Shown: in pieces, positions 52,242 through 64,000 of the stretch
How positions within the stretch are numbered: position 1 is the first letter of the stretch
Layout: the number at the start of each line of letters is the position of its first letter
Source of the DNA: Camelus ferus
Lineage: Eukaryota
Direction of reading: 5' to 3'
DNA length: 64,000 bases
NCBI RefSeq assembly: GCF_009834535.1
Contig: NC_045696.1
Span: forward strand, 67,272,001-67,336,000
Position numbers and translations under genes: made by a program
Notes under the pieces: generated by a model
Database searches by the model: none
Told to the model about the DNA's origin: nothing
Seen by the model: the letters and a program-made list of their open reading frames with translations, nothing else

Positions 52242-53170
52242 GTTTATTAAGACAGTATTGGCATATACCATATGTAAGTTTAAGGTGTACAACATGATTT
52301 GATATACATATATATTGCAAAAAATGATTACCACAATAAGGTTAGTTAACACCTTCATCCCCTAGGATAATTACAATATTTTTGTGTGCGGTGATGACTT
52401 TTAAGATCTATTCCCTTAACAACTTTCAAGTACATGATGCAGTATTGTTAATTACAGTCATCACATTCTACATTAGATTCCTATAACTTGTTCTTCTTCT
52501 GGCTGGAAGTTTGTACCCTTTGACTGACATCTTCCCATTTCCTCTACCCCTCAGCCCCTGGCAACCACAACTCTATTCTCTATCTCTTTGAGTTTGACTT
52601 TTTTTAGATTCCACATATAAGGGAGAACCTACAGTATTTGTATTTCTCTGTCTGATTTATTTCACTTAGCATAATGCCCTCAAGGTCCATCCATGTTGTT
52701 GTAAATGGCAGAATTCTCTTCTTTGTTATGACTGAATAATGTTCCATTGTAAATATATATCACATTTTCTTTATGCATTCATATGTTGATGGACTCTTAG
52801 GTCGTTTCTATGTCTTGGCTATTGTGAATAGTATTGCAATGAACATGGGGGTACAGATCTCTTTTCAAGACAGTAATTTCATTTTGTTTGGTTATCTACC
52901 CAGAAGTAGAATTGCTGGATCATATAGTAGATCTATTTTTAATTTTTTGAGGAATTTCCATATTATTTTCCATATGGTTGCACCAATTTACATTGCCTTC
53001 AACAGTCCACAAGTGTTCTTTTTCTCCACAGGTTCACCAACACTTGTCTCTTATCTTTTTGATAATAGCCATTCTAATAGTCATGAAGTGATATCTCATT
53101 ATGGTTTTGATTTGCATTTCCCTCATGATTAATGATGCTGAGCATCTTTTCATGTACCTCTTGGCCATTT
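52242..53170 (-). mobile_element. L1MA9-like L1 3' end
   Basis: aagtttaaggtgtacaacatga...ttttagattccacatataag...atttcacttagcataatgccctcaaggtccatccatgttg...ttttgatttgcatttccct. Confidence 0.93.
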
Positions 53171-56039
53171 CCAAGACCCAATTTTGAATATGCCACACAG
53201 TATCTGTGCTCTGGTCTGACTCCCCATTCTCCCCTTACCCACCATTAGAAATCTTGTCAGTGATTGGGACTCAAATCTGCCACCACAGGCAGCCTCTCCT
53301 AGACTGGCAATCAAAAGGCACAAGGTGACCTGTGTCACTGCAGACAGAGCCTTGTAGGTAACCAGGACAAATGAGACAGTAGCCACTGCAGATCAAGTCT
53401 CTGTTTCACCTTCACACAGCCTCTCTCACTCTTTCATTGTCCTCTCTCAGCAGGCAGGGGCCAAAATAATTATGCTGGTACCCTAGTTGTGAGCCAGCTT
53501 CTCTGCGAGGAAGGCTACAATCAATATACATGACACAGGACGGATATGATGCCCTGGAACTGGAGGAGCAACCTGCAGAACTGATACCAGTCATCTAAGG
53601 TCGCCCCGTATGCTCCTCCAGGATGGATGAGCTTGCTTCCCACCTTGACCAGAGCAAGGAGGAAGGCTTCAGTGATGGATGACAGCGAGGGGGTTATCAC
53701 TCGTAAAGAAGGGACATTGTGTGCTTCTCTCACCACCCCTAACAGCACTGACATGCACAGAGATTCAGCCCTACCCATCATCTCCAAAAACACTGACATT
53801 TAAAACCTTTCCCCTTTTAGGGATCGGCCACCCACACAAGTGACACCAGGAGATAATTAATTATGCCTAGGTGAACTTCGGTGCCATAACTCACAGAATC
53901 GTGTTCCTCAGAACAAATGACGCAAACTTAAGATGCAAGCAGGAGTCAGTGAGGAGGCGGAGGGACTGCCGCAGGATAAATAGCAAGTTGAATCCCAAAA
54001 CCATGGGCTTGAAACAGGCTGGTCCAACCCAAGACTCCCTAAGCACCATGTAAAAGATAATCTTAGAGCACTTTCAATAGGTTTTTTTTTTGTTGTTGTT
54101 GTTTATAAACAAAGCTTTAAAAGTGGGGGATTCAGATAGTAGTGGAGTGAGCAGGAGAAGCCGGGGGCAGTTATGGAGTATAAGAGGAAGTATAAGGAAG
54201 GCCTAATTGTACTGAAGAAGATCTATTCACCTGTGAGACCCACGTGGAAGGTTGTCTGTCCTGTACTTTCACTTACTCAGGCGGAGGGAGGACCCCTCAC
54301 TCTGCTTGTCTCATATGATGCCCTGTGCATAACCCTCCTCCAGCACACGTAATGTGTCATACATAGCACTCCACTTCCAGGTCTGCCTCCCTATAGGACT
54401 CTGAGGATCCCGAAATTATCTTTGTGTCCCAGGGCTGGAGTGTAGGATTAAGCCCATGGTAGGAGCTCAGTGTGTTTAGAGGCTGTCTTTTGAGTGAGAC
54501 TCAAGTGACAATCTGAAAAATGAACAGTTGATTAAAAGTGCTGGTCGATGCACACAAAGCCAGCAGCCCAAGTGTTGCTCTGACCATATCTTTCTTTTGG
54601 AATGCTTTCTTTACTAAAAACGATACTGTTTGATCTTAATTAAAAACAATTAGAACAGCTCCTGGAGGCACAGTAAATATCAAAGTCTAAAGAAATAGAT
54701 TTTGATAAATATAGAAAATTGGGATTGTGTTTCCTTTGCAAAACAAATACCTTAAAAAAAAAAAAAACGGGATATGTTTTTAAGTGTGTGAGCTTCAAAA
54801 TTCCCAGAACACAACATACTGGAAATTAGTAGCCTGAATCCAAAATACAGATGGTTTCACCTGTCTCTCCATTGTCCATCCACATCTGGAAAATTATAGG
54901 AAAAATCCCATAGATGAAAGATCACATTAAGCTGCAAGTTCAAATCAGTCAGGTGCTCAGATTTAAACAGCCTCTTCTTTGGCATCTAGGTAAATATTGC
55001 CAATGAAATCCCTATACGCTCACAAAATAAGAGACCGTTTTATTCAGCTCACAGAAATAATCCATACAGCACAGAACAAGATGTCCCTCCTATAAACATA
55101 TGAAAATCTGCCTTTTTGTAAGCCAAAATTAATATTCCCCCTGTTCTCCCCGGTTATGTCTGTAAGGTCACCACAGCAGAGCTCTCTCTGAATGTCAAGG
55201 GCTACTCAATTAATCTTCTTGTTTGCAGAGATTTGGAAGCACTTAAGGCAGGTCAAAAACTAACACCAAGCAAAACACAGCTAAATTCCCCACTGCTGTG
55301 CAAATTTTACCTTCACTCTGTTTTCTTTTCCCTGTCTCCTCTTATTTGACACTTTCTCTCTGACTTCTTTTTGTTTCTTCTCTCTTCTCCTCCTTTCTCT
55401 TACTCTCTTTACTCTGTTCCCTCCTCATTTTACAGGGTTTAGCTTTGAAGTCATCCTGGCATATTTGATCTATTTCATCTAAATGACGATGTCTTCTGCA
55501 TCTTTCCATTTACTCTCAGAAATGAAGAACTCAGAGTTTACGATGAGAATAAAGACAAATTGTGCTTCTCAATCTAAGTAAGTTAGAGGGACTGAAAGTA
55601 CAGAAAGGAAGAGTTGATGTGGTTTAGATTTTCAAAGTTTGACTAGTTCTGTCCATTAAATGCGTTCATCCATGGTAGCACGTGGAGTAGTGCCTTTCAT
55701 GCCACAGACACTTGAAAATGTTACTTTAATTGTTTCTAACCTCTTAGCCATGCTGGCCAGCCCTACCCCCAGCTTGTGCTAACCAGTTGGTAGCAGTGGT
55801 TTTACCCATGTGCTAAAGCAGTGAATGTCCGCTCTGAAGTTGGGATGGGACTGGATTTAGAACCCCCACACCTCAATCCTCGCTACCCTGTACTCCTCTG
55901 AGCAGAAGGCTTGCTTCTCAGCCAATGCACAGAAGCAGGTAAGCTATAGGTAACTCTGACAATCAAGAACTTTAAAAAGAAGGAGAAAAGAAGAAAAGAA
56001 AAGGGAAAGGAAGGAAAGGAGAGATAAGTTTTGAGAAAA

Positions 56040-56900
56040 ACCAACAACAGAAGAGAGAAGCTACAAACTTAAATACAAGTATTAACATTCAAGAAACAAA
56101 TAGAGGATACAGAGGAAGACATTTAAAATTCATGACTCATAGCCTCAGAAAGATTAAAGAGGATATCACATCCATGAAAATGTAGCAGCTAGAGCCTTGC
56201 TTCTCAAAGTGTGCTCCACATCACCATGACCCAGGAGCTTGCTAGAAACGCAGAATCTCAGGCCTCTCCCCAGAACGGCTAAAACCGAAGCTGGATTTGT
56301 ACAAGACACACCAGTGATTTGTATGCTTGCTGCTGCTTGTGGAGCCCTGTGCTAGAGGGCCTGGTGTTGGAAATTTTGATCACTGGAAGAAGATGACTGG
56401 CAGGCAGAAAAGAAGAACCAGATTTAGCTAAATTGCAAATTAGCATGTTAAAAGCCCCAGTCGAAGTGGTTTCTTTTAGTACTGCATCTGAGCTCTCATT
56501 GACAAGACTAGACTTTAAAATAACTTAAAGGAAAAGTCCTGTATTTATTATATAAATTATCAATAAAATGAGAGAGTGAAAAAAAAGATGTATTTAGCAA
56601 AGACCAGAATAATTACCCTATGGGTCAGGTGTGGCGGGGTGGGGTGGGGGAGTATTGTGTGAAGCACGAAGGAAATAAATCAAACACTAAATAATATATA
56701 AGATACAAGAACGAGTGTTGAGTAAATAAAGTAAGAAACCTAGATCAGGTTTAAATAACTCCTGATACATAATTTAAAAATATTTATAACTAAAATCCAA
56801 GATAATCTCCAAATAGAAGGTGGCAGAGGGAAAAGAGAGAGGAGGGAAGAGAAACACTGCTTAGGTTCTGGTCCCATTTGGGGGCAAACAGAGGTATTGA
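56040..56900 (+). mobile_element. Highly degenerate HAL1/old L1-like sequence
   Basis: gcctcagaaagattaaagaggatatcacatccatgaaaa resembles HAL1; A-rich strand bias. Confidence 0.45.
56195..56349 (+). mobile_element. MER5A-like hAT MITE
   Basis: gcttctcaaagtgtg...gagcttgctagaaacgcagaatctcaggcc; TSD (a/t)gctagag at 56187-56194 and 56350-56357. Confidence 0.8.
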
Positions 56901-56954
56901 GTAACTGGGTAATAATAGCAAATGCATTTAAATATACGTCACAAAAGATTGCAA

Positions 56955-57200
56955 GCTGTATGACTTTATTCTATTTAACTCTAAAAAAGACAAATCTAAT
57001 CCATAGTGGCAGAGAGCATGTCAGTGGTTACCTGGAGCTGGAGACGGGTGGGGAGTGGGACACGTACTGTGTAGAAAGTGGTACAAGGTATTCTGAGGGT
57101 GACGCAAATGCTCTATATGTCAATTGTGGTGAAGACTGAATGCGTATATAAATGGGTTTATTATACTGCATGTAAATGATACTTCAACAAAGTTGACATT
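56955..57200 (+). mobile_element. Old L1 3'UTR fragment (L1MB/ME)
   Basis: tgtatgactttattctat..aaatctaatccatagtg...tcagtggttacc...gtaaatgatacttcaacaaagttga. Confidence 0.7.
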
Positions 57201-57215
57201 AAAAATGCATGTGTC

Positions 57216-57312
57216 TAATGAAAAAGAATATGAAAACAAATACATGAATGCATATGTATGACTGAAACATTATGCTGTACACCATATACAGCAATACATA
57301 AAAATAAATAAT
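57216..57312 (+). mobile_element. Short camelid-type L1 3' insertion
   Basis: taatgaaaaagaatatgaaaa...gactgaaacattatgctgtacacc; perfect 13-bp TSD aaatgcatgtgtc (57203-57215, 57313-57325). Confidence 0.88.
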
Positions 57313-57459
57313 AAATGCATGTGTCACAAGTACAAAGTTAACTTCGAAGAATAAAAATTGGATGTATCATTTCCAAAACACTAGAAGAAGAAAAGAGGGT
57401 TGGAGCGATCTTGATTAACTCAACAAATACTCCTGAGGGGAAAAAAGTGCATAATGACA

Positions 57460-57700
57460 AAAATAGCTAACATTTATTCAGGACTGACTCCTCCCCAGGA
57501 AGAGTTTTAGATGCTTTACATATAACAGTTTCCTTAATCTCTACAACAAGTCAATGAATTTAGCAATATTATAGTCACTCTCATTTTATCATTGAAGGAA
57601 CTGAGGCACAGAGAATTTACGTACCTTAACTAACGTTACAAATCTAGTATGAAAATTCTGCAGCTCCGAGCCAGGTTATGTAACACTCTGCTCTACTGCT
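57460..57700 (-). mobile_element. MIR SINE
   Basis: aatagctaacatttatt...tgctttacatat...gaaggaactgaggcacagaga. Confidence 0.8.
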
Positions 57701-57829
57701 CTTCATAATAAATGGAAAGCATAAAGTAAAATGGAAGAAACAATTGTGAAAATGTCATTAATCAAAGCAAAAGATTGTATATCCCTTGTAAGTCGGATAC
57801 CAAGATTTGTTTAAAAAATAATCAAACTT

Positions 57830-57942
57830 ATATGAAGATGAATATATGTATATTCATGTATGACTGAAGCATTGTGCTGTGCACCAGAAACTGACACAAC
57901 ATTGCAAACTGACTATACTTCAATTAAAATTTAAAAAAAAAT
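57830..57942 (+). mobile_element. Camelid-type L1 3' tail
   Basis: gactgaagcattgtgctgtgcaccagaaactgacacaacattgcaaactgactatacttcaat plus A-tail. Confidence 0.88.
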
Positions 57943-57974
57943 GTAGCCCAACATCTTTGTTGTTTCCATGCACT

Positions 57975-58610
57975 TACTCATTCAGCAAATATTTAGAGTA
58001 TGTACTATGTGCTAGGCTCAGTGATAAACGCCATGCAATGTAGCAATTACAATTAGTACATCCTTCAAAATTGTGCCCCCTCCAGGTAAATACATAAAGC
58101 AGAATATACGTGTTTCCCACATAACAATGACTCCTATGAGCACAAGGTTTTCCTTTAGCAGAATTTAGTTATACCACAGCGATGGTTGAAGAAGACATGA
58201 ATCAGATAGCGTCCTCTCTCTTAGGAGTCTACTACTTGGTAAGAGGAAAAGATGTTTAAGAAAAAGAAGAAAAGAAAAAAGAAAGAGAGAACAGAAGAGA
58301 CATAACAACAGCACAAGGAAGAGTGAGAATAGCATGAGTGAAAAGACTGTTCAGAGGAGGAGAGAGCCTTCTTTCAGCTGGAGAGAGATGAGACGGCTTC
58401 ACGGAAAACGTGGGATTAGAGCTGATCCTGAAGAATGGTAGGATTTGTGTATATGGACATGAAGAAAAGTGTTTCAAACTGATGGAATAGCATTTTTTTT
58501 AAAAGGTAGGAATACAAAAGCATACCTGGGAAGGACCATTTACTCCATTTGAAAGTTAAAAGGAGATAGAATTCAAAGTATAATTTGGAAATAGCTCCCA
58601 ATGGACCCTG
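57975..58610 (-). mobile_element. L2 fragments
   Basis: cattcagcaaatattt...tactatgtgctaggc; ggcttcacggaaaa..gagctgatcctgaagaatgg. Confidence 0.65.
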
Positions 58611-60344
58611 AATTCCAAGTCAAAGGAGAAAATGCACCGTCTAAACCCACCTTTGCTTCAACTCCAGCCGAGGAACAAAATCACTTCAGTGATTCATGAT
58701 ATCATGATTCTTATTAAGGTCAAAATAAATGAAATAAATGCTTATTCCCAAGAGTGGATGGATTTTTTCAATTTGTTTTCTAAAGGGAGAAATATTTCAA
58801 TATGTATCAAGTCACTTATTCCTGAGCAGTGAAAATCTTTCATCTACAAAGCTACTGGTGCCACTCTTTAACTGGACAGAAGGTAGTCATCTTAGGGTAC
58901 ATGCTGCCTTTTGTTGGTCCAGTATTTGAAATCCACTTTTCAGATAACCCTGGAAGAAGCTGAGGAAGGTAGTTCCCAGCCATTTTGGGGAGGGAACTGT
59001 GTGTTGGGACTCACCCGGAAGCGGGGGTAGAGGAGCCAGGACAAGGTCATCAACCATCTCCTGCAAGTGAAGCAAACGTTCGTCTGGGCTCAGCTGCGGC
59101 ATCCAGTTACTGGAATTTGGTAGGAAAAAACACACACATACAGAGAATGTGCAGAACATTCCTGCAAACTATGGCCCCATCACCACCAGCCACCTTTCCC
59201 TTTTGCTCCCAGATACGGTGGGACAGGAGTCGTATGTCTCTGGTCGGTGAGAAGAGCTCACTCTGGAGCAGCCCCTGGATAGACTTGCCTCTGGGCATCT
59301 TGGATCCTCCACTCCTCTCCACCTGCAGGGCCGTAATTTACATATGCCCCGCATGCTAACAGAGTCTGTTCCGGGATTTGTGTTTTGTTTTCGTTTTTTG
59401 AGTCTAGGCAGCACCACTTAATGATTTATGTGATTGTGGACACAATCACTCAGTCTGTGTGTCCACACTTGTTAAACAGCATCGTCCTTACAGAATTGCT
59501 GTGCGGATCACACGAGAAAGTGCTCACAGCTATGCTCAGTGAAGCGTGTGCACGGACTACCTCTTACCGCTATTTACCATGTTTTATTAAGCAACTACTA
59601 TTTATGAGGTAACAGAAATGACAAAAATGTGGTTGCCTTCCTCCAGGGATGTAAAGCCTGTCCTGAAACAAGGGGGGAGACCATCATATTTGCAGCAACT
59701 GTGTCGATTTACTAGGTACCCTGTTCTCTTGGCATCTGGTAATGATATCACAACAAGACAGAGACACAACAACCTTATGAACCTCCCATCAGTCTGGGCC
59801 ACGTCGCAGGTTCTGCCTGGAGGGTGGGAGGAGGGAGAGGCCTGAGAAACGTGAGGAGAGGTGGCTGTTCTGAGAGAGCCGCACAGGGAGAGGCAGAAAC
59901 CTTCGCTAAGGAGTCACTCTCCTTAGAGGCTGACCAGGAGTGGAAGCAGTTATATGTAGCCTAATTAAGCAAATGCTACTTGAATGCAGTTGAGGAAAAT
60001 ATGAATTGCAAAGGCGGAGAAGACCCCTGGACTTTATTCAGATTCTTGTCAGAGGAGGGACGGAGGAGACCTTGCTGAGAGAAACATGAGGCGTGACAAC
60101 CTGAGAGGAATTCTGAGGCAAAGTTAAATCGTAAAACATCTAGCGAGCAGTGCATTTTAGAAGGATGTCTCCTCATTTTGGGGACAGAATATATCGTCAG
60201 GAGAAAATTTTTTGATTTAGCAAGTCCTCTTGACAAGCTCCATTTTATGAGTCATCTTTGTACACTTTATAAAGTTACATGTTTATTCATAGATTGATAG
60301 TGTCTGTTATTAGAATATCTAATTAAAAATACACTAGCCGTGGG

Positions 60345-60530
60345 CACCACTTACTGGCCACCTACTATGTGCTAGATGCACTGTATGTTTGTCACTAACG
60401 ACCTGACGGGAGGTGTCACTATCCTTATGACAAAGATGAGGAGGCTGAGGGTGGCAGAGGTGAAGAAGCTCGCCCCAAGTCACAGAGGCAGTGAATGACA
60501 AGACCAGGATTTGAAGCTGGACCTGCCAAG
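60345..60530 (-). mobile_element. MIR SINE
   Basis: cacctactatgtgctag...agatgaggaggctgagg..gaggtgaag..ccaagtcaca...ccaggatttgaa. Confidence 0.8.
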
Positions 60531-61359
60531 CATCACAGGTAGAGACAAGCTTATGATTCCATGTCTAGAATTTGTCAATAGTAACTTGACATAAGCACTT
60601 GGAAAGGAGTTGTTGAATTAACTGACAATGGAACAATACACTTAGGAGATGGATACTGTTAGACCTAGGAGGTTCTTTAAGGTCAGATCCAAACTCCTCA
60701 TTTCCTAGACCACAAAACTTAGATCCAGAAAGAAAGGATGACCTGTCAAAGGCAACAGGGTCTAAGTCAGTGACAAAACTGATGTGAAAAGTTGCCTCAT
60801 GATCTCTGCCGTAGCTGTTCCAGACGTCCCTGTACAAGCCACGCACTAGCCATTCAGCTACAGTGACCGGGGCACCTACCCGGGCCTTCCATCTCCTTCT
60901 GTGGGTTCTGCTACTTCTCCATTGCGGCCCACGAACCCTCCAGAAGCCTCACCACTGCTGCTCTAGTCCTAGTTAGAACCCAGCATTCCAGCCAGAGCCG
61001 TCAAAGTTTCCAGGCCTCTGTCTGCACGGCTGTGCCGGCTTCCAGGCAGCGTCAGTGAGCAGCGCCTCCTCCCCAGCTCAGTGCCACCTTTGGTCACTCA
61101 GGCCCCAGAGGTTCTGCTTATGCCAAGAGTCTCACAAAATATTTTTTAAACAGATCTGCCGGCTTCCACCCAACCTCCCCCACCCCAGTCCACACTAATT
61201 ATAGCCACTCGAACCCAGTCAATGGAAAAATAAAGAAATGAACCAGGCTATCTTCTCTCTTTTTCTTGTCTTTCTATTCCCAGGCTCTTTCCCCACCCAA
61301 ACTTCACCTCTCTTCCCCCAGCTATGTGTGATGGGACACTAGTACAGATAAACATTTGC

Positions 61360-61362
<3 letters not shown>

Positions 61363-61391
<29 letters not shown>
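61363..61391. repeat. (GT)14 microsatellite
   Basis: Perfect dinucleotide run. Confidence 0.95.
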
Positions 61392-61395
<4 letters not shown>

Positions 61396-62859
61396 TCTTT
61401 AAATGCAGCAGGGATGTTGTAAGCAGTCAAATATTCTGTTATGCTTGGGACTAATACGCTGGCCTTTTTACGTGTCAGTCACACAGTTAATGGCTACTAC
61501 AGCTGCCTTTGTAAAAGTTCTAACCACTGGAATTTATCTCTTTGAGCTCAAGAAATTCAAGGTAAATTATAAAGCTTGAAACAGAATCAGTCCGACCAAA
61601 TGGCAGCGAGTGACAGAGCCCCTGAGAGTACTTGTCTCTGTTGCTCAAGAATAAGCTGTCACAAGTCTTGACCTGGACTTGGAATCAGCTGTAGGGACTC
61701 CGTTAACAGGGATGTGTAGAGATAAAGCCCAGAAGCCTGCCTGCAACCTGGAGGAGTTAGGCAGCAGAATTCACTAGTTGTTGTCTGACCTTCTGATGAG
61801 AAGCCTAGTAGACTTCTAGGTTTTTGTCTTCCTGGATGAAGTACATATTTAAAAAAAAAAAAATGGTCCACATACTCATCTTCCCTTGGTTAATCTTCCC
61901 AAAAGCCATGTAAGGCCGAGAGAGGTTAATTAATGATCTGTCCAAAATCATGCACCAGGGCTGGCAGGGCCAGGCAAGGACTCAGGTCTTCTCACGTGAA
62001 ATAGCATGGCTTTCCAGTGCACATATGTACCTCCAGACCATCTTCCACATATGAGACACACCCTTTCCCCTCTTTTCACCCATGAGTGTCCCCCTCTTGT
62101 CACTCGCCACTAGTGCACTCCTCCCTGGAGAGACAGAGTTACATTCTACTGTTGCCACTGAGCCAGTAGACTGTAGACAGCTTTTCATCCACTCTTTACA
62201 AATGAGTTTCACCCCCTACTAAGTCTCTTTTGATCTCAGAACAAAAATTAATTGAACCTAGATGACTTCCAGGCAAATTCCAACCTCTGCAGACAGGTAC
62301 ATAATTCTCCAAAAAGAAAGTTTTATCAATACAGAATTACAACCAAGGAAATCTAAAAAATGTAACCCCATTAATGTTCCAGGAAGTTATGTACATTTTA
62401 ACATAGAGTTTTCAGAAGGAAAGAAACGGTGGAAGAGAAGATAGTTATATTGAGTGTGTGTATGTGTGTGTGGTGGATTTTTTTTAATGGAAAAAATGCA
62501 TCACTACATTTTAACAAAACATGAGAATAGAGAGTTAGTCTTTGTTACTAAAAGATACGGAGTAAATCTAGTGAAATGTCTTCTTGGTCTGTATTTTCAT
62601 CAAATGTTCTTTATTATTTAACAGTTTAAGACCATACTTTTTGCCTTTTCTTCCATTCTTTTATTCAAACTCAAATGTTGGATTACCCATTATGTGAGTA
62701 TACTTCACTAATTGAACCATATTTCCTGTTCCTGTGCAATACTGACTTCCCAAACTGCCCTGGCTTGTCTTTTCACTCTCCTTCATAAATTCCATCTGTC
62801 TTCCTGCCTTTTTAATTACGTTCTGTTTCCTTGACTAACTCCTCCTTTTTGTCTCTTGC

Positions 62860-63695
62860 CTCTTCTATGACATTAGCCACGGCTAGTCCTTTACTCTCAC
62901 TACAGCCCCTCTCCCATGCTCTCTCCTTCCCTGTTCATTCTCCTAGCTAGCTGATGACCTCCAAAACCACATTGCCTCTTCTGTTCTTTCAACCATGTAC
63001 CACCAGTATGTCTTCTTTGTTTTCCTAGATTTTTCTGTTCATATCTTTCCATTAGCTCAAATACAACTCATCCAAAGAGTCCTCATCATCTTCTCTCACC
63101 AGCTCACCTCAATTACAATTATTCTTCCAGCTAGGCTGAAAAATTGGCATCATTTTTAATTTATTCTTCATCCTCACCTCCTATAATTTAAAAAGTTTGC
63201 TAAACACTGAAGTCTATTTATTCCTCGCTATACCTACTGCCATTCCCTTGCCAAGACTTGCTGGTCCACATGTGAGTTATTGCAGTGGCTTGATTTGTGG
63301 CTTCCTTGTCTCTAATCTCTTCTTACTCCGATCTACCCCGCATACCCCTGCCAGAAATTCTTCCTTCAACACCATTTCCATCATGTCACTCCTCTACTCA
63401 AATATCTGTAATGATTCTTTTTTTTTTTTTTTTTAACAATTCTGAAGCTCTTAGTCTGGTTTTCAAAGCACACCATACCATGGTCTGACTAGTTTAATCC
63501 CAATACATCTCAACATGCACTTTCTAATCTACCCAGAGTGGCTTTCCTCTGCTGTTGATAAATATGCCACACATCTCTTTGCTTTTGCTCATATAGGTCC
63601 CGTTTTCCACAAGTGCCTCATTCTTGATATTTCAAGTCTTGAAATTCAACTTACCTTCAAGACCTAATCCATGCTCCTCTTTCTTTAGGAACCTC
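62860..63695 (+). mobile_element. L2 LINE, degenerate
   Basis: ctcatcatcttc...ccagctaggctgaaaaattggcatcat...ttattgcagtggc..tggcttcctt...atcatgtcactcctctactca. Confidence 0.75.
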
Positions 63696-63709
63696 TGCTG
63701 GTCAGTTGC

Positions 63710-64000
63710 CAGTTTGCCCCCAGGATCATCCATTCCTTTCCCTTTCTCTCTCTGCTAGGGCTACTTGCCCTCTAGCTTTTAGGTAGCTTTGGCCCTCAGG
63801 ATGCATGGGAAAAGGTTAAAGGAGAAGATGAAGGCAAGCAAGTGTTTTTCTTTTCCTTCTTTTATTCTCTCTATGGCGTCTCGAGCAATGTCTATTTCCC
63901 CTCCATGGCTTCAGCTAATATGGACAGTCTCAGCTTCTTAAGTTTGGAAACTACACCTCTTTCCTTTGGTCCTTATAGTCTAAGGGTGGTTCTTGTTCTC
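63710..64000 (+). mobile_element. LTR33-like ERVL LTR fragment, runs off the window
   Basis: cttgccctctagctttt..gctttggcc...; cctttggtccttatagtctaagggtggt. Confidence 0.5.

Noticed and set aside
52773..53132. 119-aa ORF
   Set aside because: Antisense frame of an L1MA9-like element, a common spurious peptide
1..64000. Prokaryotic-type systems (operons, CRISPR arrays, IS elements) or an identifiable host gene
   Set aside because: No long ORFs or repeat-spacer arrays; the sequence is eutherian and repeat-rich, and I could not recognise any coding exon to name the locus

Overview
This is mammalian genomic DNA, most likely camelid: it carries three tRNA-Ala-derived Vic-1-type SINEs and several artiodactyl/camelid-type L1 3' ends. 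It is CpG-depleted and rich in interspersed repeats (MIR, L2, L3/CR1, L1, MaLR/ERVL/MER21 LTRs, hAT elements), as expected for an intergenic or deep-intronic region. I cannot support any intact protein-coding gene, and the short ORFs in the track look like chance or repeat-derived frames. The most striking structure is an 869-bp Mutator/MULE DNA transposon fossil (30310-31178) with a perfect 9-bp TSD, TIRs built from 15-bp units and a readable transposase C-terminus. Also notable are a ~1.5-kb collinear CR1/L3 reverse-transcriptase fossil, a 44-bp near-identical direct repeat 1.27 kb apart, an L1/non-L1 chimeric retro-insertion, a candidate spliced exon and a few candidate cis-regulatory blocks. 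All repeat family names come from my recall of consensus sequences, not a database search. Boundaries without a TSD are approximate. I see no evidence for a new functional biological system.
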